Part shown: positions 8,604 to 17,855 of the stretch, piece after piece | How the letters are laid out: each line of letters opens with the position of its first letter | Numbering within the stretch: the stretch's first letter is position 1 | Virus record (IMG/VR): IMGVR_UViG_2671180556_000014 | From: a virus | Taxonomy: Duplodnaviria; Heunggongvirae; Uroviricota; Caudoviricetes | Length of the DNA stretch: 31,500 nt | Strand: one strand, 5' to 3' | Translations under genes and position numbers: made by a program | The notes under the pieces: generated by a model | Databases searched by the model: none | Told to the model about the DNA's origin: nothing | What the model saw: only the letters and a program-made list of their open reading frames with translations

Positions 8604-8608
8604 GATGT

Positions 8609-9643
8609 TCAGCCGTTGTCAGTGTCCAGTGAGTAGTTTTTAAATCGGATGACCTCCTGACCGAGCCAGCCGTTTATCTCGCGGATCCTGTCCTGTAACG
8701 GGATAAGCTCATTGCGGACAAAGACCTTTGCCACTTTCTCAATATCACCCAGCGACCCGACGTTCTCCGGCTTGCCCCCCATCAACTGAAAGGGGATGCG
8801 GTGCGCGTCCAGCAGGTCAGCGGCGCTGGCTTTTTTGATATTAAAAAAATCGTCCTTCGTTGCCACTTCACTGAGCGGGATAATTTTAATGCCGTCGGCT
8901 TTCCCCTGCGGGGCATAGAGAAACAGATTTTTAAAGTTATTGCGGCCTTTTGACTTAACCATGTTTTCGCGGAGCATTTCGATATCGTTGCGATCCTGCA
9001 CGGCATCAGTGACGTACATGATGTATCCGGCATGTGCGCCGTTTTCGTAATACTTGCGGCGGAACAGCGTGGCCGACTCATTCAGCCAGGCAGAGTTAAG
9101 GGCGCTGAGATATTCCGGCAGGCCGTACAGCTCCTGATTAATATCCGGCTCCAGCAGATGAAACACGGAGCCGGGCGTGAAAGGTGTCGGCTCGTTGAAG
9201 GACGGCACCCACCAGTAAACATCCTCCTCCACACCACGGCGGGTATATTTTGCCGGTGAGGTTTCCAGTCTGATGACCTTACCGGTGGTGCTGTATCGCT
9301 TTTCCAGAAACGCATTACCGAACACCAGAAAATCCAGCACAAAGCGGCTGAAATCCTGCTGGGAAAGCCACGGATGCGGGATAAATGTCGAGGCCAGAAT
9401 ATTACGTTTGACGTAAATCGGTGAGCTGTGATGCACGGCAGCACGCAGGCTTTTTGCCAGACCGGTAAAGCTGACCGGTGGCTCATACCATCTGCCGTTA
9501 CTGATGCACTCGACGTAATCCAGAATGTCACGGCGGTCGAGTACCGGCACCGGCTCACCAAAGGTGAATGCCTCCATTTTCGGGGCGCTGGCGGTCATTG
9601 TTTTTGCCGCAGGTCGCGGTGTTTTCCCTTTTTTCTTGCTCAT
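8609..9643 (-). CDS. Q: Portal protein Q, 344 aa
   Basis: Length matches P2 Q (344 aa); start overlaps the terminase stop; position next to cos. Confidence 0.85.
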   Translation of the reverse strand: MSKKKGKTPRPAAKTMTASAPKMEAFTFGEPVPVLDRRDILDYVECISNGRWYEPPVSFTGLAKSLRAAVHHSSPIYVKRNILASTFIPHPWLSQQDFSRFVLDFLVFGNAFLEKRYSTTGKVIRLETSPAKYTRRGVEEDVYWWVPSFNEPTPFTPGSVFHLLEPDINQELYGLPEYLSALNSAWLNESATLFRRKYYENGAHAGYIMYVTDAVQDRNDIEMLRENMVKSKGRNNFKNLFLYAPQGKADGIKIIPLSEVATKDDFFNIKKASAADLLDAHRIPFQLMGGKPENVGSLGDIEKVAKVFVRNELIPLQDRIREINGWLGQEVIRFKNYSLDTDNG

Positions 9644-11415
9644 CAGTAAAACTCCAGAATGGTGGATGTCAGCGGGGTGCTGATACCGGCGGTGAGTGGC
9701 TCATTTAACAGGGCGTGCATGGTCGCCCAGGCGAGGTCGGCGTGGCTGGCTTCCTCGCTGCGGCTGGCCTCATAGGTGGCGCTGCGTCCGCTGCTGGTCA
9801 TGGTCTTGCGGATAGCCATAAACGAGCTGGTGATGTCGGTGGCGCTGACGTCATATTCCAGACAGCCACGGCGGATAACGTCTTTTGCCTTGAGCACCAT
9901 TGCGGTTTTCATTTCCGGCGTGTAGCGGATGTCGCGCGCGGCGGGATAGAACGAGCGCACGAGCTGGAACACGCCGACACCGAGGCCGGTGGCATCAATA
10001 CCGATGTATTCGACGTTGTATTTTTCGGTGAGTTTGCGGATGGATTCCGCCTGGGTGGCAAAGTCCATGCCTTTCCACTGATGGCGCTCAAGTATTCTGA
10101 ATTTGCCACCGGCCACCACCGGCGGTGCCAGCACCACGCATCCGGCGCTGTCGCCACGGTGTGACGGGTCGTAACCAATCCATACCGGGCGGGAGCCGAA
10201 CGGATTGGTGGCAAACGGCGCATAGTCTTCCCATTCTTCCAGCGTGTCGACCATGCAGCGTTGCAGCTCCTCGAACGGGAACACTGACGCCTTGTCGTCA
10301 ACAAATTCACACATGAACAGGTTTTTAAAATCGTCGGCGCTGTTTTCGCGTTTGAGCTGCTCAATGTCGAACAACGTGCAGCCACCTTTCAGGGCGTCCT
10401 CAATGGTGACAATCTGCCGCCACTGGCCGTCCGCACAGAGAAGCCCACCGGCAAGGGCGTTATGACTGACGTCGATTTCCACGCGTTCGGCGGCGCTGGC
10501 GCGTCCCCGGTTGAACAGTTCACCCGACCAGAACGGGTAGGCGTCGTGCGCCAGCGTGGACGGGGTGGAGAAATAGGTCGAGCGCAGGTGACTCTGTGAG
10601 GCCATACCTGATGCCACCTTACGCAGTACCTGAAAATTCGGGATCCAGAAAATCTCGTCGACGTACAGGTCGCCGTTATGGCTCTGTGCGGTGTTGGAGT
10701 TGGTGCCGAGAAAAATCAGTTTTGCGCCGTTATTGCCCAGGACAATCGGGTCACCGGTCAGGTCAACGTCAACCAGCCGGGCAAAGGCGATGATGTATTC
10801 ACGGAACACATACGCCTGCGTTTTACTGGCCGACAGAAAAATCTGGTTATGACCGGTTTTCAGGGCGCGCAGCAGCGCCTCGCGGGAAAAATAAAACGTC
10901 GCGCCAATCTGGCGGGATTTCAGGATATCGCGGATGCGGTGCTCAAGCCCGGCGCGATACCAGTGCAACTGATATTCGAAAGACTGCTCAAAGAAAATCT
11001 GCTCCAGCTTTTCGATGGCCTCGTCACTGAAAAAATTCTTTTTCGGTTTGCGACGCCCGCCTTTGTTGCGGTTAGCGACGTTCGGATTAAGGTCTGCCTC
11101 GTTGCCGGTCTGGCTGTAGCGGTTGACCCGTGCCAGTCGTTCAATCTGGCGTCCGAGCAGGTCAATTTCCTTGAAGTCACCGCCGGTTTTCTGCGGTTTG
11201 ATGATGAGCTGGGTCAGTCGCGCTTCCAGACTCATTTCGACACGGCTGATGGGGGCAACGCTGTCCCAGCCGTCGCGCTGTTTCCAGCTCTGCACCGTCG
11301 GGCGTTTCATCTGCAACATGGCGGCAATCTGCGGCACGGAAAACCCCTGCCAGTACAGCAGCGCCGCCTGACGACGCGGGTCGTGTAAAAGAGTGGTGTC
11401 TGTGGTGATGGTCAT
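9643..11415 (-). CDS. P: Terminase large subunit P (ATPase/nuclease), 590 aa
   Basis: ATG at 11415 (MTITTDTT...) gives 590 aa, matching P2 P; divergent from O across a late promoter region. Confidence 0.85.
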   Translation of the reverse strand: MTITTDTTLLHDPRRQAALLYWQGFSVPQIAAMLQMKRPTVQSWKQRDGWDSVAPISRVEMSLEARLTQLIIKPQKTGGDFKEIDLLGRQIERLARVNRYSQTGNEADLNPNVANRNKGGRRKPKKNFFSDEAIEKLEQIFFEQSFEYQLHWYRAGLEHRIRDILKSRQIGATFYFSREALLRALKTGHNQIFLSASKTQAYVFREYIIAFARLVDVDLTGDPIVLGNNGAKLIFLGTNSNTAQSHNGDLYVDEIFWIPNFQVLRKVASGMASQSHLRSTYFSTPSTLAHDAYPFWSGELFNRGRASAAERVEIDVSHNALAGGLLCADGQWRQIVTIEDALKGGCTLFDIEQLKRENSADDFKNLFMCEFVDDKASVFPFEELQRCMVDTLEEWEDYAPFATNPFGSRPVWIGYDPSHRGDSAGCVVLAPPVVAGGKFRILERHQWKGMDFATQAESIRKLTEKYNVEYIGIDATGLGVGVFQLVRSFYPAARDIRYTPEMKTAMVLKAKDVIRRGCLEYDVSATDITSSFMAIRKTMTSSGRSATYEASRSEEASHADLAWATMHALLNEPLTAGISTPLTSTILEFY

Positions 11416-11588
11416 GAATACCTCGCCGTGATGAATACACGGCAAGGCTACTGAGTCGCGCCCCGCGATTCGCTAAGGTGCTGTTGTGTCAGTGATAAGC
11501 CATCCGGGACTGATGGCGGAGGATGCGCATCGTCGGGAAACTGATGCCGACATGTGACTCCTCTAATCACTATTCAGGACTCCTGACA
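11416..11588. promoter_or_regulatory. Divergent late promoter region (P-Q leftward, O operon rightward), Ogr-dependent by analogy
   Basis: Intergenic region between divergent P and O, where P2 carries its Ogr-activated late promoters. Ogr half-sites not confidently resolved. Confidence 0.4.
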
Positions 11589-12443
11589 ATGGCAAAAAAA
11601 GCATCAAAATTCTTTCGTATCGGCGTTGAGGGTGACACCTGTGACGGGCGTGTCATCAGTGCGCAGGATATTCAGGAAATGGCCGAAACCTTTGACCCGC
11701 GTGTCTATGGTTGCCGCATTAACCTGGAACATCTGCGCGGCATCCTGCCTGACGGTATTTTTAAGCGTTATGGCGATGTGGCCGAACTGAAGGCCGAAAA
11801 GATTGACGATGATTCGGCGCTGAAAGGCAAATGGGCGCTGTTTGCGAAAATCACCCCGACCGATGACCTTATCGCGATGAACAAGGCCGCGCAGAAGGTC
11901 TACACCTCAATGGAAATTCAGCCGAACTTTGCCAATACCGGCAAATGTTATCTGGTGGGTCTGGCCGTCACCGATGACCCGGCAAGCCTCGGCACGGAAT
12001 ACCTGGAATTCTGCCGCACGGCAAAACACAACCCTCTGAACCGCTTCAAATTAAGCCCTGAAAACCTGATTTCAGTGGCAACGCCTGTTGAGCTGGAATT
12101 TGAAGACCTGCCTGAAACCGTGTTCACCGCCCTGACCGAAAAGGTGAAATCCATTTTTGGCCGCAAACAGGCCAGCGATGACGCCCGTCTGAATGACGTG
12201 CATGAAGCGGTGACCGCTGTCGCTGAGCATGTGCAGGAAAAACTGAGCGCCACTGAGCAGCGCCTTGCTGAGATGGAAACCGCCTTTTCCGCACTTAAGC
12301 AGGATGTGACTGACAGGACGGATGAAACCAGTCAGGCATTCACCCGCCTGAAAAACAGTCTCGACCACACCGAAAGTCTGACCCAGCAGCGCCGCAGTAA
12401 AGCCACCGGCGGTGGCGGTGACGCCCTGATGACGAACTGCTGA
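11589..12443 (+). CDS. O: Capsid scaffolding protein O, 284 aa
   Basis: ATG at 11589 gives 284 aa (P2 O length); coiled-coil-like C-terminus; precedes major capsid gene. Confidence 0.8.
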   Translation: MAKKASKFFRIGVEGDTCDGRVISAQDIQEMAETFDPRVYGCRINLEHLRGILPDGIFKRYGDVAELKAEKIDDDSALKGKWALFAKITPTDDLIAMNKAAQKVYTSMEIQPNFANTGKCYLVGLAVTDDPASLGTEYLEFCRTAKHNPLNRFKLSPENLISVATPVELEFEDLPETVFTALTEKVKSIFGRKQASDDARLNDVHEAVTAVAEHVQEKLSATEQRLAEMETAFSALKQDVTDRTDETSQAFTRLKNSLDHTESLTQQRRSKATGGGGDALMTNC

Positions 12444-12501
12444 CCGGCGTCAGTCAGTCCGGGAAAACCTTCACGATTAACCCTTAATTTCAGGAAAAAC
12501 T

Positions 12502-13575
12502 ATGCGCCAGGAAACCCGCTTTAAATTTAATGCCTACCTGTCCCGTGTTGCCGAACTGAACGGCATCGACGCCGGTGATGTGTCGAAAAAATTCACCGTT
12601 GAACCGTCGGTCACCCAGACCCTGATGAACACCATGCAGGAGTCCTCTGACTTTCTGACCCGCATCAACATTGTGCCGGTCAGCGAAATGAAAGGGGAAA
12701 AAATTGGTATCGGTGTCACCGGCTCCATCGCCAGCACCACCGACACCGCCGGTGGCACCGAGCGTCAGCCGAAGGACTTCTCGAAGCTGGCGTCCAACAA
12801 GTACGAATGCGACCAGGTTAACTTCGATTTTTATATCCGCTACAAAACGCTGGACCTGTGGGCGCGTTATCAGGATTTCCAGCTCCGTATCCGTAACGCC
12901 ATTATCAAACGCCAGTCCCTTGATTTCATCATGGCCGGTTTTAACGGCGTGAAGCGTGCCGAAACCTCTGACCGCAACAGTAATCCGATGCTGCAGGATG
13001 TGGCGGTCGGCTGGCTGCAGAAATACCGCAATGAAGCCCCGGCGCGCGTGATGAGCAAGGTCACTGACGAGGAAGGTCACACGACCTCTGAGGTCATCCG
13101 CGTGGGTAAGGGCGGTGATTATGCCAGCCTTGATGCACTGGTGATGGATGCGACCAACAATCTGATCGAACCGTGGTATCAGGAAGACCCTGACCTTGTG
13201 GTGATAGTGGGACGTCAGTTACTGGCGGACAAGTATTTCCCCATCGTTAACAAGGAGCAGGACAACAGCGAAATGCTGGCCGCTGACGTCATCATCAGCC
13301 AGAAACGCATCGGTAACCTGCCAGCGGTACGCGTCCCGTACTTCCCGGCGGATGCGATGCTCATCACGAAGCTGGAAAACCTGTCCATCTACTACATGGA
13401 TGACAGCCATCGCCGCGTGATTGAGGAAAACCCGAAACTCGACCGCGTGGAGAACTACGAGTCAATGAACATTGATTACGTGGTGGAAGACTACGCCGCC
13501 GGTTGTCTGGTGGAAAAAATTAAGGTCGGTGATTTCTCCACACTGGCTAAAGCGACCGCAGAGCCGGGAGCGTAA
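12502..13575 (+). CDS. N: Major capsid protein N, 357 aa
   Basis: Length identical to P2 N; AGGA upstream of ATG; position after scaffold gene. Confidence 0.9.
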   Translation: MRQETRFKFNAYLSRVAELNGIDAGDVSKKFTVEPSVTQTLMNTMQESSDFLTRINIVPVSEMKGEKIGIGVTGSIASTTDTAGGTERQPKDFSKLASNKYECDQVNFDFYIRYKTLDLWARYQDFQLRIRNAIIKRQSLDFIMAGFNGVKRAETSDRNSNPMLQDVAVGWLQKYRNEAPARVMSKVTDEEGHTTSEVIRVGKGGDYASLDALVMDATNNLIEPWYQEDPDLVVIVGRQLLADKYFPIVNKEQDNSEMLAADVIISQKRIGNLPAVRVPYFPADAMLITKLENLSIYYMDDSHRRVIEENPKLDRVENYESMNIDYVVEDYAAGCLVEKIKVGDFSTLAKATAEPGA

Positions 13576-13578
13576 CCG

Positions 13579-14322
13579 ATGACGAGTCCCGCACAGCGCC
13601 ACATGATGCGGGTCTCGGCAGCGATGACCGCGCAGCGGGAAGCCGCCCCGCTGCGACATGCAACTGTCTATGAGCAGATGCTGGTTAAGCTCGCCGCAGA
13701 CCAGCGCACACTGAAAGCGATTTATTCAAAAGAGCTGAAGGCCGCGAAAAAGCGCGAACTGCTGCCGTTCTGGTTGCCGTGGGTGAACGGCGTGCTGGAG
13801 CAGGGCAAAGGCGCACAGGATGACATTCTGATGACGGTCATGCTGTGGCGTCTGGATACCGGCGATATTGCCGGTGCGCTGGAGATTGCCCGTTATGCCC
13901 TGAAATACGGTCTGACCATGCCGGGTAAACACCGCCGCACCCCGCCGTACATGTTCACCGAGGAGGTGGCACTTGCGGCCATGCGCGCCCACGCTGCCGG
14001 TGAGTCTGTGGATCCCCGCCTGCTGACGGACACCCTCGAACTGACCGCCACGGCTGACATGCCTGATGAAGTGCGCGCAAAGCTGCACAAAATCACCGGT
14101 CTGTTTCTGCGTGACGCTGGTGATGCCGCCGGTGCGCTGGCTCACCTGCAACGTGCGACACAGCTCGACTGTCAGGCAGGCGTCAAAAAAGAGATTGAAC
14201 GACTGGAGCGGGAGCTGAAACCGAAGCCGGAGCCGCAGCCAAAAGCGGCCACCCGCGCCCCGCGTAAGACCCGGAGCGTGACACCGGCAAAACGTGGACG
14301 CCCGAAAAAGAAAGCCAGTTAA
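13579..14322 (+). CDS. M: Terminase small subunit M, 247 aa
   Basis: Length identical to P2 M; basic C-terminal tail (KRGRPKKKAS); GGGAG upstream of ATG. Confidence 0.85.
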   Translation: MTSPAQRHMMRVSAAMTAQREAAPLRHATVYEQMLVKLAADQRTLKAIYSKELKAAKKRELLPFWLPWVNGVLEQGKGAQDDILMTVMLWRLDTGDIAGALEIARYALKYGLTMPGKHRRTPPYMFTEEVALAAMRAHAAGESVDPRLLTDTLELTATADMPDEVRAKLHKITGLFLRDAGDAAGALAHLQRATQLDCQAGVKKEIERLERELKPKPEPQPKAATRAPRKTRSVTPAKRGRPKKKAS

Positions 14323-14421
14323 CAACCGAATGCGCCCCGCGCCAGGGCGGCACGCCGGTCAGTGAGGGTGACTCACCTGACGCTGTACCGGCGTCCACCG
14401 CCCGACTTTTCAGAGGTAGTC

Positions 14422-14931
14422 ATGATGACGCTGATTATTCCGCGAAAGGAGGCTCCCGTGTCCGGTGAGGGTACGGTGGTCATCCCGCAACCGGCAGGCG
14501 ACGAGCCGGTGATTAAAAACACGTTCTTTTTTCCCGATATCGACCCGAAGCGCGTCCGGGAACGTATGCGCCTTGAGCAGACCGTCGCCCCCGCCCGTCT
14601 GCGTGAGGCCATCAAGTCAGGCATGGCGGAGACGAATGCGGAGCTGTACGAGTACCGCGAACAGAAAATTGCCGCCGGTTTTACGCGTCTGGCGGAAGTC
14701 CCGGCGGACGACATCGACGGTGAAAGCATCAAAGTTTTTTACTACGAGCGCGCCGTGTGTGCGATGGCGACCGCATCGCTTTATGAGCGTTATCGCGGCG
14801 TGGATGCCAGTGCCAAAGGCGACAAGAAGGCCGACAGCATTGACAGCACCATTGATGAGCTGTGGCGGGATATGCGCTGGGCAGTGGCGCGCATCCAGGA
14901 CAAGCCGCGCTGCATTGTGAGTCAAATCTGA
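14422..14931 (+). CDS. L: Head completion/stabilisation protein L, 169 aa
   Basis: ATG at 14422 with GAGGTAG upstream gives 169 aa (P2 L length); ORF-track start at 14362 is an upstream extension. Confidence 0.8.
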   Translation: MMTLIIPRKEAPVSGEGTVVIPQPAGDEPVIKNTFFFPDIDPKRVRERMRLEQTVAPARLREAIKSGMAETNAELYEYREQKIAAGFTRLAEVPADDIDGESIKVFYYERAVCAMATASLYERYRGVDASAKGDKKADSIDSTIDELWRDMRWAVARIQDKPRCIVSQI

Positions 14932-15134
14932 TGAAGACCTTTGCGCTACAGGGCGACACGCTCGACGCCATCTGTGTCCGGTATTACGGGCGCACTGAGG
15001 GCGTGGTTGAGACCGTGCTCGCCGCAAATCCGGGACTGGCTGAACTGGGTGCGGTGCTGCCGCACGGCACCGCCGTCGAACTGCCCGACGTTCAGACCGC
15101 GCCCGTGGCTGAAACTGTCAATCTGTGGGAGTAA
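14931..15134 (+). CDS. X: Tail protein X (LysM-like), 67 aa
   Basis: ATG at 14931 overlaps the L stop (ATGA); MKTFALQGDTLDAICVRYYG... is 67 aa as for P2 X. Confidence 0.85.
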   Translation: MKTFALQGDTLDAICVRYYGRTEGVVETVLAANPGLAELGAVLPHGTAVELPDVQTAPVAETVNLWE

Positions 15135-15137
15135 CGC

Positions 15138-15419
15138 ATGACAGCAGAAGAAAAAAGCGTCCTGTCGCTTTTCATGATTGGGGTGCTGATTGTTGTCGGC
15201 AAGGTGCTTGCCGGTGGTGAACCCATCACCCCGCGTCTGTTTATCGGGCGCATGTTGCTCGGTGGTTTTGTCTCGATGGTTGCCGGTGTTGTTCTGGTGC
15301 AGTTTCCTGACCTGTCACTGCCTGCGGTGTGCGGCATCGGCTCCATGCTGGGTATCGCCGGTTATCAGGTGATTGAGATTGCCATTCAGCGCCGCTTTAA
15401 GGGCAGGGGGAAACAGTAA
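15138..15419 (+). CDS. Y: Holin Y, 93 aa
   Basis: Small protein with hydrophobic transmembrane segments and charged C-terminus; directly upstream of endolysin; P2 Y length. Confidence 0.8.
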   Translation: MTAEEKSVLSLFMIGVLIVVGKVLAGGEPITPRLFIGRMLLGGFVSMVAGVVLVQFPDLSLPAVCGIGSMLGIAGYQVIEIAIQRRFKGRGKQ

Positions 15420-15916
15420 TGCCGGTAATTAAAACACATCAGAATATCGCCGCCTTTCTCGACATGCTGGCCGTGTCCGAAGGGACGGCGAATCATCCGC
15501 TGACGAAAAACCGGGGCTATGACGTGATAGTCACCGGACTGGACGGGAAGCCGGAAATTTTCACCGACTACAGTGACCACCCGTTCGCGCATGGCCGACC
15601 GGCGAAGGTGTTTAACCGTCGCGGTGAAAAATCCACGGCCTCCGGTCGCTATCAGCAGCTTTACCTGTTCTGGCCGCATTACCGCAAACAGCTTGCCCTG
15701 CCGGATTTCAGTCCGTTGTCACAGGACAGACTTGCCATTCAGTTGATCCGCGAACGCGGTGCACTGGATGACATCCGGGCGGGACGCATTGAGCGCGCCA
15801 TTTCACGCTGTCGCAATATCTGGGCGTCCCTGCCGGGTGCCGGTTACGGTCAGCGTGAGCATTCACTGGAAAAACTGGTCACCGTCTGGCGTACCGCTGG
15901 CGGCGTACCGGCTTAA
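15419..15916 (+). CDS. K: Endolysin K (lysozyme-like), 165 aa
   Basis: Start overlaps holin stop (TAATG); length identical to P2 K; lysis cassette position. Confidence 0.85.
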   Translation: MPVIKTHQNIAAFLDMLAVSEGTANHPLTKNRGYDVIVTGLDGKPEIFTDYSDHPFAHGRPAKVFNRRGEKSTASGRYQQLYLFWPHYRKQLALPDFSPLSQDRLAIQLIRERGALDDIRAGRIERAISRCRNIWASLPGAGYGQREHSLEKLVTVWRTAGGVPA

Positions 15917-15930
15917 ACGGAGTAAACACC

Positions 15931-16356
15931 ATGAAGAAATTATCCCTTTCACTGATGCTGAACGTGTCGCTGGCGCTGATGCTGGCACTGTCCCTGATTT
16001 ACCCGCAGAGCGTGGCCGTCAGTTTTGTCGCCACCTGGGCGATTCTGGCGACGGTTATCTGTGTGGTTGCCGGTGGTGTCGGGGTGTATGCCACTGAGTA
16101 TGTGCTGGAACGCTACGGGCGGGAGCTGCCGCCGGAATCGCTGGCTGTGAAGATTGTCACGTCGCTGTTTTTGCAGCCGGTGACGTGGTGCAGACGGGCG
16201 GTGGGTCTGGTGGTGATGGTGGCGACGTTTATCTCGCTGGTCGCTGCCGGGTGGATTTTTACCGCACTGATTTATCTCGTGGCATCGCTGTTTTTCCGGC
16301 TGATACGTACGGCCTGCCGTCAGCGTCTTGAGGGGCGGGAACTATGTCAAAACTGA
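15931..16356 (+). CDS. lysA: Lysis timing protein LysA (membrane protein), 141 aa
   Basis: Highly hydrophobic multi-TM sequence; length and position match P2 lysA. Confidence 0.75.
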   Translation: MKKLSLSLMLNVSLALMLALSLIYPQSVAVSFVATWAILATVICVVAGGVGVYATEYVLERYGRELPPESLAVKIVTSLFLQPVTWCRRAVGLVVMVATFISLVAAGWIFTALIYLVASLFFRLIRTACRQRLEGRELCQN

Positions 16357-16769
16357 TGACTGTGCTGGTTGTGTTGTTATCACTGGCGGTGGCGGGGCTG
16401 TTTCTGGTGAAGCATGAAAATGCCAGCCTGCGCGCCTCGCTGGACAGGGCGAACAACGTCGCCAGTGAACAGCAGACGACCATCACCATGCTGAAAAATC
16501 AGCTTCATGTTGCCATCACCAGGGCAGACAAAAACGAGCTGGCGCAGGTGGCACTGCGTCAGGAACTGGAGAACGCCGCGAAGCGTGAAGCACAGCGCGA
16601 GAAAACCATCACGAGGTTACTCAATGAAAACGAAGATTTTCGCCGCTGGTACGGTGCTGACCTGCCTGATGCTGTGCGCCGGTTGCACCAGCGCCCGGCC
16701 TGCGCAGACGCCAGTGATTGTCCACAACGCCTGCCCGAAAGTGAGTCTTTGCCCGATGCCGGGCAGTGA
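16344..16769 (+). CDS. lysB: Inner-membrane spanin LysB (Rz-like), 141 aa
   Basis: N-terminal TM segment then coiled-coil-like periplasmic domain; overlaps lysA end; P2 lysB length. Confidence 0.75.
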   Translation: MSKLMTVLVVLLSLAVAGLFLVKHENASLRASLDRANNVASEQQTTITMLKNQLHVAITRADKNELAQVALRQELENAAKREAQREKTITRLLNENEDFRRWYGADLPDAVRRLHQRPACADASDCPQRLPESESLPDAGQ

Positions 16770-16914
16770 CCCGCAGAAGAACGGCGATTTAAGTGCCGAT
16801 ATCCGGCTGCTTGAGAACGCGCTGGCACGCTGTGCCAGCCAGGTAAAAATGATTAAACACTGTCAGGACGAAAACGATGCTCAAACCCGACAGCCTGCGC
16901 AGGGCGCTGACTGA
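16624..16914 (+). CDS. lysC: Outer-membrane lipoprotein spanin LysC (Rz1-like), 96 aa
   Basis: ATG at 16624 in the +1 frame inside lysB; signal peptide with lipobox-like LCAGC; extends past the lysB stop (overlapped spanin architecture). Confidence 0.65.
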   Translation: MKTKIFAAGTVLTCLMLCAGCTSARPAQTPVIVHNACPKVSLCPMPGSDPQKNGDLSADIRLLENALARCASQVKMIKHCQDENDAQTRQPAQGAD

Positions 16915-17344
16915 TGCCGTCACGGTGCTGAAAACCAGTCCCGAGATGCTGCGGATATTCGTGGATAACGGGAGTATTGCCTCCACGCTGGCGACGTCGC
17001 TGTCATTCGAAAAGCGTTACACGCTCAATGTCATTGTGACCGACTTTACCGGTGATTTTGACCTGCTCATCGTGCCGGTGCTGGCGTGGCTGCGGGAAAA
17101 TCAGCCCGACATCATGACCACCGACGAAGGCCAGAAAAAGGGATTCACGTTTTATGCAGACATCAACAATGACAGCAGCTTTGATATCAGCATCAGCCTG
17201 ATGCTGACCGAGCGCACGCTGGTCAGTGAGGTGGACGGCGCGCTGCATGTGAAGAATATCCCGGAACCCCCGCCGCCGGAGCCGGTCACCCGCCCGATGG
17301 AGCTTTATATCAATGGCGAACTGGTGAGCAAGTGGGATGAATGA
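16877..17344 (+). CDS. R: Tail completion protein R, 155 aa
   Basis: Length identical to P2 R; synteny after the lysis cassette. Confidence 0.8.
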   Translation: MLKPDSLRRALTDAVTVLKTSPEMLRIFVDNGSIASTLATSLSFEKRYTLNVIVTDFTGDFDLLIVPVLAWLRENQPDIMTTDEGQKKGFTFYADINNDSSFDISISLMLTERTLVSEVDGALHVKNIPEPPPPEPVTRPMELYINGELVSKWDE

Positions 17345-17789
17345 GTTTAAGCGTTTTGAAGACCGGCTGACCGGACTGATTGAGTCGCTGTCACCGTCAG
17401 GGCGTCGGCGACTGAGCGCCGAACTGGCAAAACGCCTGCGACAGAGTCAGCAGCGTCGGGTGATGGCTCAGAAAGCCCCGGACGGCACACCCTACGCGCC
17501 ACGCCAGCAGCAGAACGCCAGAAAAAAGACTGGTCGTGTTAAGCGAAAAATGTTTGCGAAACTTATCACCAGTCGTTTTTTGCATATCCGCGCCAGCCCG
17601 GAACAGGCATCAATGGAGTTTTACGGCGGGAAGTCACCGAAAATCGCCAGCGTGCATCAGTTCGGTCTGTCGGAAGAAACCCGGAAAGACGGTAAGAAAA
17701 TTGATTATCCGGCACGTCCTCTGCTCGGCTTTACCGGTGAGGATGTGCAGATGATTGAAGAGATTATTCTGGCTCACCTCGACCGTTAG
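17337..17789 (+). CDS. S: Tail completion protein S, 150 aa
   Basis: Length identical to P2 S; start overlaps R stop. Confidence 0.8.
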   Translation: MNEFKRFEDRLTGLIESLSPSGRRRLSAELAKRLRQSQQRRVMAQKAPDGTPYAPRQQQNARKKTGRVKRKMFAKLITSRFLHIRASPEQASMEFYGGKSPKIASVHQFGLSEETRKDGKKIDYPARPLLGFTGEDVQMIEEIILAHLDR

Positions 17790-17855
17790 TTGTGCCATTC
17801 CTGACACCTCATCGTCACATTGCCGCCGGTATGACCCGGCGGCATCCTTCCCGTT

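Noticed and set aside
9082-9561. Antisense or alternative-frame ORFs of 60-230 aa embedded in Q, P, N, M, T, D, J and other structural genes (for example 9082..9561, 9909..10385, 10678..11388, 12490..13080, 13726..14325, 17634..18158, 19359..19970, 28577..29266, 30084..30656)
   Set aside because: Each lies wholly within a well-supported gene, usually on the opposite strand; their proline/arginine/serine-rich composition is typical of spurious open frames in GC-rich coding DNA, and none has a start context or recognisable motif.
11523-11588. Upstream-extended starts given by the ORF track (for O at 11523, L at 14362, X at 14862, A at 3574, ogr at 31207, P at 11445, C at 1449)
   Set aside because: Internal ATG codons give product lengths identical to the P2 proteins and have better ribosome-binding sites or start-stop overlap; the extensions begin at non-canonical or unsupported codons.
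17822-17848. GC-rich hairpin (GCCGCCGG / CCGGCGGC, 8-bp stem) between S and V as a possible terminator
   Set aside because: No U-run follows on the plus strand, so it is not a convincing intrinsic terminator; it lies in the expected late promoter region upstream of V and may be an RNA structure or irrelevant.
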